From a virus: 64,000 bases of DNA. How positions within the stretch are numbered: the first letter of the stretch is position 1; the number at the start of each line of letters is the position of its first letter. Under the pieces are notes generated by a model, which did no database searches, was not told the origin of the DNA, and saw only the letters and a program-made list of their open reading frames with translations. A program made the translations under genes and the position numbers. The DNA is taken from the IMG/VR virus record IMGVR_UViG_3300025137_005002, positions 1 to 64,000 of that record, one strand, 5' to 3'. This document shows, in pieces, positions 47,419-56,454 of this stretch.

Positions 47419-48528
47419 ATGACTGATTTAAAAACTAGTGAATATGATTTTAGTGCTATACCCTACAATGATTTAGTTAGTGTAGGACAACGTACTTTAA
47501 TACATAGGGATATATTTACAGTAAGTTGGCTACTAGGAAGATTCTGTAATTATAAATGTAGTTATTGTTGGCCCTATGCTCGTAGTGACAGAAAAGATCA
47601 TAGACCTTTAGAACTTTGTTTAAAAACAATAGATGAGATTAAAAGACAGGCTAGAGAAAATAACTTTAACAGTTTTCACTTTAGTTTAAGTGGAGGAGAA
47701 CCAACTTTCCACCCAGGCTATTTAGATATAATGAAACATTTATCTGATGATGCACAAAATACGAATTATACAAGTGTACATATGACTAGCAACTGTAGTC
47801 GAAACATGAAATGGTTTCAAACATATGTTGATTACGCAAGTAAGTTTCACAGGGCTAGTATCACTTGTAGTTTACACGTTGAACACGTTAACAATAAAGA
47901 AAAAATGCAACAATTGGCAGACAAGTTAATACTATGTCAAGAACATGATGTACAAGTTACAATTAATATGGTTATGGTACCACAGTTATTTGATCAGTAT
48001 TATGAAAATGCATTGTTCTTTCATAACCAAAACATTAACGTAACACTAAAGCCTATGAGTGATCCTACGGCGAGTAGAGTTGTAGATGGATATACAGAAG
48101 AAATGAAGCAAAAACTGTATAATGATATGCCACAACGTGCTTATACAGAACAAAAAAATAAATATGTAATAAGACCGAAGCCGAATTGGAAACCCTTACC
48201 GGAAATGAAATTAGACAACGGCACTGTACCACAACATTTTCAAGTTGAGTTTGAAGATAGCAAAGGCAAGAAATGGTACATGGATCAAGCAGAACGTTTT
48301 AATGCGTTTAACTTTAACAAATTCAAAGGCTGGAATTGTAACGCAGGATACCAAGGAGTTATCATAAGAGAACCAGACGGTTCGATTAAGCGAAGTTATA
48401 GTTGCAGTGATGTTCCATTAGGGAATATTGAAACAGGATTTAAATTATTTGATAAGCCGATGCCTTGTATATCACAAAGTTGTGTATCAAGTGCAGACAG
48501 TAAAATACCGAAAAGAAAGATTATATGA
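47419..48528 (+). CDS. Radical SAM enzyme #17 (distinct subtype, C-terminal Cys domain)
   Basis: CNYKCSYC, SGGEPT, TSN; C-terminal CNAG...SC...LGNI...PC...C. Confidence 0.9.
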   Translation: MTDLKTSEYDFSAIPYNDLVSVGQRTLIHRDIFTVSWLLGRFCNYKCSYCWPYARSDRKDHRPLELCLKTIDEIKRQARENNFNSFHFSLSGGEPTFHPGYLDIMKHLSDDAQNTNYTSVHMTSNCSRNMKWFQTYVDYASKFHRASITCSLHVEHVNNKEKMQQLADKLILCQEHDVQVTINMVMVPQLFDQYYENALFFHNQNINVTLKPMSDPTASRVVDGYTEEMKQKLYNDMPQRAYTEQKNKYVIRPKPNWKPLPEMKLDNGTVPQHFQVEFEDSKGKKWYMDQAERFNAFNFNKFKGWNCNAGYQGVIIREPDGSIKRSYSCSDVPLGNIETGFKLFDKPMPCISQSCVSSADSKIPKRKII

Positions 48529-48707
48529 AAACTACAAGAGGAATCTTTGCAGGACTAGACGAGGAATCGTTCAACAAAATTAAAAAAACTTTTAATGTTG
48601 AAGAAGCAAAGGTTGAACCAAAAAAGAAAACCAACCAAGAGAAGAAACACTATGGAAAGAACAAAAGAAGAAATAGTAAAAGAAATAAAGACGATAATAG
48701 AAAATAA
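48525..48707 (+). CDS. Small highly basic protein
   Basis: ATGA overlap with upstream stop; Lys/Arg-rich; 3' end overlaps nfuA-like gene. Confidence 0.4.
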   Translation: MKTTRGIFAGLDEESFNKIKKTFNVEEAKVEPKKKTNQEKKHYGKNKRRNSKRNKDDNRK

Positions 48708-48993
48708 CATTCAGCCAAACGTTGCTATGCACGGTGGCGAAATTGTCTTTAAAGACTTTGATGTTGATTCTGGCAACGTACTAGTAATGTTAAGTGGATC
48801 TTGTTCAGGATGTTCTAGCAGTATGGTAACACTTAAACTAGGTGTTGAGAATATGCTAAAACATTATGTAAAAGAAGTCACAGGGATCACAGGCGTAGAC
48901 GATCCTAACTTTAACGATCCATATTACACAAACTACGATACATTTCAAGAAGAAGAATACTATAGTACAGATGAGTATAAAAAAGAAGATTAA
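48652..48993 (+). CDS. nfuA: NifU-C/NfuA-like Fe-S cluster carrier
   Basis: IQP.VAMHGG.I, L.GSCSGC.SS..TLK.GVE.ML. Confidence 0.85.
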   Translation: MERTKEEIVKEIKTIIENNIQPNVAMHGGEIVFKDFDVDSGNVLVMLSGSCSGCSSSMVTLKLGVENMLKHYVKEVTGITGVDDPNFNDPYYTNYDTFQEEEYYSTDEYKKED

Positions 48994-49375
48994 TAATTGG
49001 GGCGAAGACTTACAACTACTAGAAGGGCAAGACAGGTTACAATACCTAGTTGACCTAGCTCGTAATGCCACATCATTACCTCCAGAAATGAGAACTGACG
49101 AACGACTTGTTCCAGGTTGTATCAGTAAAATTTGGGTAGATGTGGGTTTAGTAGAAAACAAAGTTAAAGTATATTACGATAGTGATGCTTTAATACCAAA
49201 AGGTATAGCAACAATAGTTTGTGATATATTTACTGACAGTACTAAAGACGAAGCATTGAATCTTGCTACGGAAGATTTAGAACCACTAGGATTTATGCAA
49301 TTAGTAACACCACAGAGACGTAACGGACTCTTTAACCTAATAGGTGTAATAAAAGGGAAAGTAGAAAGGTTGTAA
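48971..49375 (+). CDS. sufE: SufE-family sulfur acceptor
   Basis: VPGCISKIW, DSDA.I.KG, TPQRRNG. Confidence 0.9.
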   Translation: MSIKKKINNWGEDLQLLEGQDRLQYLVDLARNATSLPPEMRTDERLVPGCISKIWVDVGLVENKVKVYYDSDALIPKGIATIVCDIFTDSTKDEALNLATEDLEPLGFMQLVTPQRRNGLFNLIGVIKGKVERL

Positions 49376-50028
49376 TGGAATATAAGGGCATCAGTGAATC
49401 CGAATTTCATTTTGTTATCCCGGAAGTAAAAACTCCGTTAAAAGAATTAACAGAATTATATAACAAAGTAAAAGACTATTCCTATACATGGAACGATTAC
49501 AAGAAGAAATATGATCCAAATAAACATCATCAGCCTAGAGGAGATGGTGGATTAGGAGCAGTATATTCTCCAGACTTAGAAGGTATAGAAATAAAAGACT
49601 ACCCTGTAGTAAAGGAGTTCTTAAGAAACTTTATTTTTTATCAACCAGATGAAAAAGATATTAATAACGAAAGTGGATTAGAAGGAAATGATGTTACTTT
49701 TATGACATACGAGCCTGGCTTTGTATTTAAGAAACATACTGATAGAGAAATGCAATACAATCTTATGATGCCTATACTCCCATTAACTAATAATGAACCT
49801 ATACATTATTGGGTAGGAGAAGATAAAGACAGGGATATTACGGATAAGAAAGTAGCAACTGTTTACTATAATTTTGATCACCCAACAGTTTGTAATGGTA
49901 AGGCTTTACATAGTGTAGACGAAATTAAAGAACATAGAGTTATATTTAGAATTAAACTTGCTAAAGAATCATTTGAATCAATTAGAGAAAGGTATAAACG
50001 AGGTACATTTTTAAATGTTAATGACTAA
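49375..50028 (+). CDS. 2OG-Fe(II) oxygenase-like protein
   Basis: HTD...LHSV...R.IFRI pattern. Confidence 0.5.
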   Translation: MEYKGISESEFHFVIPEVKTPLKELTELYNKVKDYSYTWNDYKKKYDPNKHHQPRGDGGLGAVYSPDLEGIEIKDYPVVKEFLRNFIFYQPDEKDINNESGLEGNDVTFMTYEPGFVFKKHTDREMQYNLMMPILPLTNNEPIHYWVGEDKDRDITDKKVATVYYNFDHPTVCNGKALHSVDEIKEHRVIFRIKLAKESFESIRERYKRGTFLNVND

Positions 50029-50569
50029 AGAACTAACGCCAGAGATGGATACTTGTTTACAAAAATTTTGTAAGAAGTGTGAAGAACTAGGTTATATGAA
50101 TAATACATTTTCAGCAATGAAGTATGATTGGTTACGACAACAAGGAGGTATATGGCATTGTGTATCACACGGAGGACTTGAAGCAGGTTACGGAGATATA
50201 TTAAGTTTAGCAGGATGTCATCCATTACCAGAAGTAAACGACAATGCGTGGAGAGTAATGTTTAGAGGTGTACAATTACCAGGACATTATGGATTTGGGT
50301 TAAGTAAGTATCATATGAATGCCTTAACATGGAGGTATATACTTCCTAAACAGTTAGAGTTTATCGGACCAGACAAAGAAATTTATATCACTACAAACAT
50401 GAATAATGATGCTAGTGGTAAAATGAACAAGACACATCGCTTGTTTCAAAGACTAAAAGTACTAGGAATGGTAGAACATCATAATGATATGGAGTTATAC
50501 TTTACTAGACAATCGGTGTGGAAACTTAATAGAGAAATGTACATGGAGGTACGAGCTAATGTGGTTTAA
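50021..50569 (+). CDS. Hypothetical protein, possible GNAT-like fold
   Basis: ILSLAGCH...WRVMFRG...IYITTN; weak similarity by eye. Confidence 0.4.
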   Translation: MTKELTPEMDTCLQKFCKKCEELGYMNNTFSAMKYDWLRQQGGIWHCVSHGGLEAGYGDILSLAGCHPLPEVNDNAWRVMFRGVQLPGHYGFGLSKYHMNALTWRYILPKQLEFIGPDKEIYITTNMNNDASGKMNKTHRLFQRLKVLGMVEHHNDMELYFTRQSVWKLNREMYMEVRANVV

Positions 50570-50846
50570 TTGGAATCATCTTAGAGAAGCCGAAAAGCAT
50601 GGTGGCAATAAAGGAACAAACGCAGTAGTTCTTTATTTCAAACATGGCTGGGTAAGTATAAAAGAAGCATGGAGTTTATTGTTATTATGTATAGCAAGTA
50701 TCCTACACGCAATTTGCCCACCGTTGTTTGACTTTAAATTATTAGAACTAAGATTAAAATATGATGAAAAGTTATATGACTTTGTTCCAACACACCCTGC
50801 TTGGGATAGCCTAAGAAAAAAAATAGCAAAAAAGAAAAAGAAGTAA
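50559..50846 (+). CDS. Hypothetical protein
   Basis: HL.E...YF.H...LHAI.P.LF pattern; GGAGG upstream of ATG 50559. Confidence 0.5.
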   Translation: MWFNWNHLREAEKHGGNKGTNAVVLYFKHGWVSIKEAWSLLLLCIASILHAICPPLFDFKLLELRLKYDEKLYDFVPTHPAWDSLRKKIAKKKKK

Positions 50847-50849
50847 TTA

Positions 50850-51575
50850 ATGCAATACGAAGAACTGCAAAAGATTATTAGTAATGGTATCACTATTCAA
50901 TCAAGTGGTACAACAGGAACACCTAAACGAATAGAACAAACTCCTGCTAAACTAAAAGCGGCTGATGAAGTTGCAATAGATAGTCAACAACTTACTAGTA
51001 ACTCTAAAATTTATACAATATGTAAAACAACTCATGCTGGAGGTTTGTTAGCACAAACTTTACCTGGCATTCGTATTGGAGCAGAAGTTATTGTAGAAGA
51101 CTTTAATGCATACAGGTTTGTTAGAGAAGTTACAAAGTATACGCATACGCATATTACACCTGACCATGGCAAAGCAATAATAAAAACTAAAGGCTGGAGA
51201 GATTTAGATTTAACAGGATTATGGGTAACTTGTGGTAGTGACAGAGTTCCGTGGTATTTAATAAGTGCCTTTGTTAGTAAAGGTGCAACGTTTATGACTA
51301 ATTGGGGAATGACAGAGATAGGACCTTGTGCTATCAATACAGTTTTTGATAGTATGGACAAGGTAGAAGAATATAGAAGTAAAATTATACACGGTATGAA
51401 TGGCGACGAATCTTTACCAATATTAGGAGATAGATTCTACTGTGATTACCAAATATCTGAATGGAATGAACTAATTGTTAAAGGAGATATATGCGTATAT
51501 AATGATTGGTTTAAAACTGGAGATAAAGTAGTAACTAAACAAGACATATTATATTATGATGGGAGAATAAAATGA
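50850..51575 (+). CDS. Minimal ANL-family adenylating (AMP-binding) enzyme
   Basis: SSGTTGTPK, HAGG, WGMTE, WFKTGD, GR; only 241 aa. Confidence 0.8.
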   Translation: MQYEELQKIISNGITIQSSGTTGTPKRIEQTPAKLKAADEVAIDSQQLTSNSKIYTICKTTHAGGLLAQTLPGIRIGAEVIVEDFNAYRFVREVTKYTHTHITPDHGKAIIKTKGWRDLDLTGLWVTCGSDRVPWYLISAFVSKGATFMTNWGMTEIGPCAINTVFDSMDKVEEYRSKIIHGMNGDESLPILGDRFYCDYQISEWNELIVKGDICVYNDWFKTGDKVVTKQDILYYDGRIK

Positions 51576-51705
51576 TACTAGACTTTTTCGTATTAGTTTT
51601 AATTATTATTGGGTCAGGCATACTTTATAGTTTTTTATGGAGTTGGCACAAAGACAAAGAATGGCGACGTAACAATCCAGATGAACATAACATAAAAGAA
51701 AAAGA

Positions 51706-52389
51706 ATGATAATAATTAATGCACCAATGGGAGCAAAAGGTCATCAAATAGGTAGACTTCTTGCTAGTTGTGATAATGTTGCTTGGTACAATACTGAAGC
51801 AAATGGCGAACACCCGTGGATGCCTTATAAAGAGAATGCATTATACGGAACTGATAAGAATTTTACTATATATCACTGGAATAGACGCTTTAAAGACGGT
51901 TTAACTGTTCCCCCTGTACTTGATATGGCAGAACGTCAAGGGCTTTGTACGGGCAAATATGACGCTCTAAAAGGCCCAATTGAGCAGGTTCAACCCAAGC
52001 ATTTACTGTATACACTCCATGGTGCCTTAGATAAATCTAAAGCATTCTTTGAAGGTGCAAAACATATAGTAGTCATACCAAAAGACATGGCTAGATTACT
52101 TGCTAGGTACTGTCAAACAAGTGCCAAGTATTATGTGAATCCTGAGAATCCAGATAAAACATTCTTTGATTTATATGAGGGAAAGTATATGAATATACTA
52201 GAACATCTGGAGAGATGTGTAGATAACTATAGCCGATTTGCTAGTGAGGAAGATGTTATTGTATCTGATCCTGATAAGTTATTCATAGAAGATAACTTTA
52301 AAATGGTTTGTGATAAATTTGAATTAACATTTAATAAAGAAAATTACGATAAAGTTATTAGTTTTATTCAAAACCCAATGTCGCAATAA
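51706..52389 (+). CDS. Hypothetical protein, possible P-loop/sulfotransferase-like fold
   Basis: N-terminal IIINAPMGAKGHQIGRLL. Confidence 0.4.
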   Translation: MIIINAPMGAKGHQIGRLLASCDNVAWYNTEANGEHPWMPYKENALYGTDKNFTIYHWNRRFKDGLTVPPVLDMAERQGLCTGKYDALKGPIEQVQPKHLLYTLHGALDKSKAFFEGAKHIVVIPKDMARLLARYCQTSAKYYVNPENPDKTFFDLYEGKYMNILEHLERCVDNYSRFASEEDVIVSDPDKLFIEDNFKMVCDKFELTFNKENYDKVISFIQNPMSQ

Positions 52390-53101
52390 ATGTATCTAGT
52401 TTTTGATTTTTTACTGTATAAGAATATGAGTCTTCATTCTTACCTTCGAGTATATCTCTATTAGCATTAATAGGAACCCCTTCGATCATACGAATATACT
52501 TTAGTATCATTTGGTCTTCGGTGTCAACACCCCAAACGTTTTTCCAATATCCTTCATTACATATATTCATAGTTAATTTGTTTTCATGAATGAACATTAG
52601 ATTATGTCTATTCTCATGAGCCATTTCTTTTATCATTGTTTCGCGATTAGTATATGCTTCTTTGTATCTTGGGTAAGGTATATCAAATCCACCTGCACCA
52701 AACCAACCTTCTTCACAGTTTTCATTTGATCTATAAACAATTACATACTTACTGTTTGGAAACATCTTATAAATTTTAGGTAAGTCAATACTAAATTGAT
52801 GACACTTAATAATTTTATATCCGTTATTCTGTGTTATCCATGCACTATCTATTTCTTTAAATATTTCTTCTTTAGAAAGTTTATCAAGTTTATTAAAGTT
52901 ATCTCCCCAAGGAAACCCTGGACCAAAATATGATCCTCTATGTGGTATTATATCTGGATCATTAAAGTGTGCATACTGTCTATCATCAGCATAGTCTCCA
53001 GTATCAAATAGATACTTTTTAGATTGTGCCATTACATGAGCAACTGCACTCCATTTACTTCCAGGGGCACCTGTGAAAAATACTAACTTACTTTCGTCCA
53101 T
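52364..53101 (-). CDS. Sulfotransferase-like P-loop protein
   Basis: FFTGAPGSKWS, IIKCH, FP.SK.VIVYR; paralog of 53489..54358. Confidence 0.5.
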   Translation of the reverse strand: MDESKLVFFTGAPGSKWSAVAHVMAQSKKYLFDTGDYADDRQYAHFNDPDIIPHRGSYFGPGFPWGDNFNKLDKLSKEEIFKEIDSAWITQNNGYKIIKCHQFSIDLPKIYKMFPNSKYVIVYRSNENCEEGWFGAGGFDIPYPRYKEAYTNRETMIKEMAHENRHNLMFIHENKLTMNICNEGYWKNVWGVDTEDQMILKYIRMIEGVPINANRDILEGKNEDSYSYTVKNQKLDTFIATLGFE

Positions 53102-53487
53102 TACCTGTGCATTCCGTTTTTATTTTGATAATTTAATATTGCTGACTTAATGGCATCTTCTGCCAATACACTACAGTGAATCTTTACTGGAGGTAGTGCA
53201 AGTTCTTCTACAATGTCCATATTTTTAACTGCCTTTGCTTCTCCTAGTGTCATACCTTTAACCATTTCAGTTACAAGACTGCTACTAGCAATCGCACTTC
53301 CACAACCGTATGTTTTAAAACAAGCATCTTCAATGACATCATCTATTACTTTTATTTGCAATCGCATAACATCTCCACAAGCAGGAGCACCTACCATTCC
53401 AGTTCCTACACTAGAATCGTCCGTATCCATCTTGCCTACATTACGAGGATTTTCGTAATGGTCTAAAACCTTTTTACTATAAGCCAT
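53101..53487 (-). CDS. iscU: Fe-S cluster scaffold IscU
   Basis: MAYSKKVLDHYENPRNVG, GAPACGD, GCGSAIASSS, LPPVKIHC. Confidence 0.96.
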   Translation of the reverse strand: MAYSKKVLDHYENPRNVGKMDTDDSSVGTGMVGAPACGDVMRLQIKVIDDVIEDACFKTYGCGSAIASSSLVTEMVKGMTLGEAKAVKNMDIVEELALPPVKIHCSVLAEDAIKSAILNYQNKNGMHR

Positions 53488-53488
53488 T

Positions 53489-54358
53489 TTATTTTCGTCC
53501 GTATTTGTTAATAACTTTAACTGTAGAATCAATTAAACTCTGTGGGATAATCTGATTGGTATAAGTTGTCTCTGGGTTATATATCATTGCCATGTTGGCT
53601 TTACTTCTGTCATCGAGCATATGTTTTGTATATGCATCTCTACCTTCTTGAGTATCTAAATCCCATGAACCATCACCTAGTTGTTCTGCTAGTGTTTGAA
53701 TCTTAGGATCTCTGTCCCATACATCTTTGTAACTTACTTCTGTAGGATCTAATCCTAATGCTTCGTGTACTTGAGCAAGAGTATTGTATCTTAAAAATGG
53801 AACACCTAACTCTGCCGCAAACTTAATTGAATTAGCATTTTCTATTTTAATTTGTTTAAGCATTTTTTCATTTGTTTCATACCAATCGTAATGCGGATAC
53901 TCAATATCAAATCCACCTACAACTTGCCACCATTCTAAACATAGTTGGTCTGGTAAGTAGTATGCAATAATTCTAGCCTTAGGAAAACATTTATGTAAAT
54001 GTTCTAGCCCGTATGCAAACCAATGACTTTTAATAATTTTAATACCATTATCCCAATCACTGAATGCTTGTTTAAATTCTGTTAGTAGTGCTTCTTTAGA
54101 CCAGTTTTCCAAATAGTCAAATGTTCTTCCAAATTCGTGGCAAGGTCCAAAGTATACTCCACGATGCCAGCCTATGCCTGCTTTCTTACCATCTTCATAT
54201 GAAGCAGTACGTTCGTATGAACGTGTTTCTGTTTGGTCTGAAAGGTTTATACTTGGGTGACTTGTTATCGATTGGATACTTGCACTCCATCTTGTTCCAG
54301 GAGCACCTGTAATTAATATTAGATCTTCGCCTTGATAGTTATCTATTCCACTCTGCAT
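53489..54358 (-). CDS. Sulfotransferase-like P-loop protein
   Basis: LITGAPGTRWS, IIKSHWF, GGFDI.YP.Y shared with 52364..53101; start taken at the internal ATG. Confidence 0.5.
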   Translation of the reverse strand: MQSGIDNYQGEDLILITGAPGTRWSASIQSITSHPSINLSDQTETRSYERTASYEDGKKAGIGWHRGVYFGPCHEFGRTFDYLENWSKEALLTEFKQAFSDWDNGIKIIKSHWFAYGLEHLHKCFPKARIIAYYLPDQLCLEWWQVVGGFDIEYPHYDWYETNEKMLKQIKIENANSIKFAAELGVPFLRYNTLAQVHEALGLDPTEVSYKDVWDRDPKIQTLAEQLGDGSWDLDTQEGRDAYTKHMLDDRSKANMAMIYNPETTYTNQIIPQSLIDSTVKVINKYGRK

Positions 54359-54866
54359 AAATTCTAACCTTATCTTTGTCTGGTATCTCAGTACCAAGTT
54401 CTACTAGTTTAAATCCATAGTCTTTACAAAACGTTTCATGATACTGTTCACTCCAATTAAAGAAGTTAACTTTGTGTGTGTTTGGGTTCCCATGGTCAAA
54501 ACGCCCTGGGTTACAACGCCAAAATATTTTACATGAAGGTTTCATATGTGTAATAACTTTTTCAATTTGTGTACGAATTTTTGCTTCGTCACCAAAGTTA
54601 ATACTACCTAAACAAAATGCTACATCAAATAGTCTATCTGTTTCAAAGTCTTCAATAGTTGTAACAATGTCTGCTTTATCATTTGCAGGATCAACTCCTA
54701 CTAAATTTTTTATGTGTCCTTTAAAAGGATTATGTCCACAGCCAACATCTAATACCCAATCTCTTTTACGAAGTTTGTGTACAAGATCCATACCTGACAA
54801 AGCATACTTGTCCATTTCAGGTTGCCATTCTGTAGAAAAATATTTGTTAAGTTCTTGCTGGTTCAT
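54339..54866 (-). CDS. Class I SAM-dependent methyltransferase
   Basis: VLDVGCG, GVDP, FDVAFCLGSINF. Confidence 0.8.
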   Translation of the reverse strand: MNQQELNKYFSTEWQPEMDKYALSGMDLVHKLRKRDWVLDVGCGHNPFKGHIKNLVGVDPANDKADIVTTIEDFETDRLFDVAFCLGSINFGDEAKIRTQIEKVITHMKPSCKIFWRCNPGRFDHGNPNTHKVNFFNWSEQYHETFCKDYGFKLVELGTEIPDKDKVRIYAEWNR

Positions 54867-54867
54867 A

Positions 54868-55557
54868 TTATATATTTATTTCTTTAATGAGTGGAAAGAT
54901 ATTTGCAATAACTTTGGCACAAGCATGAGCAATATCCATATGTTCTTTTTGTGTACCATTGGCGCCACGTAACTCGATATAATGAACCCACGAACGTAAT
55001 GATCCATTCATATACAATGTAGTCTTTGTAATACCTTCGGGTAAAACTTTACGAGCTTGTTCTTTTGCAATACCTTTTTTAATTGCCCAGTCATATTCTT
55101 TTTTAGCCAAGACAGCAATACGTCTTTGAGCCCAGTCCCACTCTTGTTGTAGTTTTGGGTCTTCAACTTCAATACTATTTTGTCTATTCTTAGGGTCTTG
55201 TAAACGTGCTTCACTGTATTCAAACATTTCTGTTTGGTCATTTGGATCAGCATATCTCTGACTGAACTCTTGAAAAGCAAAACTGCGATGTCTTACTATC
55301 TGATGAGCAATATCTCTAGTAGTATGTATTTCTAAACAAGCACTCACCATCTCTAATGGAGACCAATGTTTGTGCTTAATTAAGTATTTGATAAGTTTTT
55401 CGTTAGTTTCCTTATTCATTTGATTGCTAGGATTACTAACCCTGGCACAAAAGGCTATAAGGTCCTGTACAGATTCTAAATGAGTACCTTTGCCTTCATC
55501 GGACAAGTGTACCATTGTATCAGCCTGACTATAACTTATGAGTTTAACGTTATCCAT
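54868..55557 (-). CDS. thyX: Flavin-dependent thymidylate synthase
   Basis: HWSPLE, RHRSFAFQEFSQRY ThyX motif, EQAR..LP, LR....TQKEH. Confidence 0.95.
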   Translation of the reverse strand: MDNVKLISYSQADTMVHLSDEGKGTHLESVQDLIAFCARVSNPSNQMNKETNEKLIKYLIKHKHWSPLEMVSACLEIHTTRDIAHQIVRHRSFAFQEFSQRYADPNDQTEMFEYSEARLQDPKNRQNSIEVEDPKLQQEWDWAQRRIAVLAKKEYDWAIKKGIAKEQARKVLPEGITKTTLYMNGSLRSWVHYIELRGANGTQKEHMDIAHACAKVIANIFPLIKEINI

Positions 55558-55876
55558 TATTAATCTTTCCCAATGTTTGCTCAGTTGCTTCTGAAACAAC
55601 ATCCGCGGTTTTCCCTACGTCGATATGCCAATCGACAAATCGAATCTTTCCTTCAATTTTGTCTAGTTTTTCGTCTAGGGATCTTTCTAATCGGCTATAG
55701 TTAAGATTGTTTTGTTCAACAAGTTCTTTAACATTAACGTCAATAGATTTACCATCTTTAAGATGGATTACGAGCCGGTCAACATACTCCATAGGAATGT
55801 CTTTGTATTCGACTTCCTGAAATAAATCTTCCCAATGAGATAAAATTTGTGATAACCAAATTTGTGAATTGGTCAA
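55550..55876 (-). CDS. Hypothetical protein
   Basis: 108 aa ORF, GGAGG RBS. Confidence 0.6.
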   Translation of the reverse strand: MTNSQIWLSQILSHWEDLFQEVEYKDIPMEYVDRLVIHLKDGKSIDVNVKELVEQNNLNYSRLERSLDEKLDKIEGKIRFVDWHIDVGKTADVVSEATEQTLGKINNG

Positions 55877-55887
55877 CTATCCCTCCA

Positions 55888-56439
55888 CTACACTGTAGAA
55901 TCAGTTGTCTCTACTTTCGCAGGACGACCTCTTCCTCTTTTCTGTAATGGATGCAATTCGTCTGCTTCTTTAATTAGACGATCTGCTTCTTTCTTCATTG
56001 TTGATGCTTGATTTCTCAAACTAGTTGCAATCTGTTCATCAGATAATGCCGCCGTCGAACTTGGTGCTGTCGGACTTGCTCCAACTGTTACTGCCGGTTG
56101 TGGGATTTCTCCAATAGCAAGGTTAACTTGATTTAAAGGAACCTTAGTTCTAGCATTAGGTGTTAAATGAATTTCTGTTGTTGGAACTTTTACTAAAAGA
56201 TTACCAACATGGATTGTATTAAGTAAACCTTCACCTGTTTCAGTTTTAAATCTACTTGCCGCGTCAGCCAAAGTGTCAACACTTTCAGCATCTGCCGTTC
56301 CTAGACATTCATTGATTGCTTTTCTAGGTACTGCTGGTAACGAATCGATATATGCTACCAAACAATTTTGAGGTTCGCCTGGAACCTGTCTAAACATTAC
56401 GGCAACTTTACGGTCACCATGTAAACCAATATGTTTCAT
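55888..56439 (-). CDS. Hypothetical protein with C-terminal coiled coil and AT-hook-like motif
   Basis: AAGGAG RBS; KRGRGRPAK near C-terminus. Confidence 0.6.
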   Translation of the reverse strand: MKHIGLHGDRKVAVMFRQVPGEPQNCLVAYIDSLPAVPRKAINECLGTADAESVDTLADAASRFKTETGEGLLNTIHVGNLLVKVPTTEIHLTPNARTKVPLNQVNLAIGEIPQPAVTVGASPTAPSSTAALSDEQIATSLRNQASTMKKEADRLIKEADELHPLQKRGRGRPAKVETTDSTV

Positions 56440-56454
56440 TGATTACTCCTTTGA

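Noticed and set aside
23949-48528. Classical RiPP cluster (PqqE/SCIFF/mycofactocin-like)
   Set aside because: No RRE/PqqD domain, no convincing precursor with repeated core motifs, and no peptidase/ABC exporter nearby; context is sugar-tailoring. Not fully excluded.
23949-48528. MoaA/NirJ/AslB functional labels for the radical SAM genes
   Set aside because: No moaC, heme d1 or sulfatase genes are present; resemblance is limited to the shared fold.
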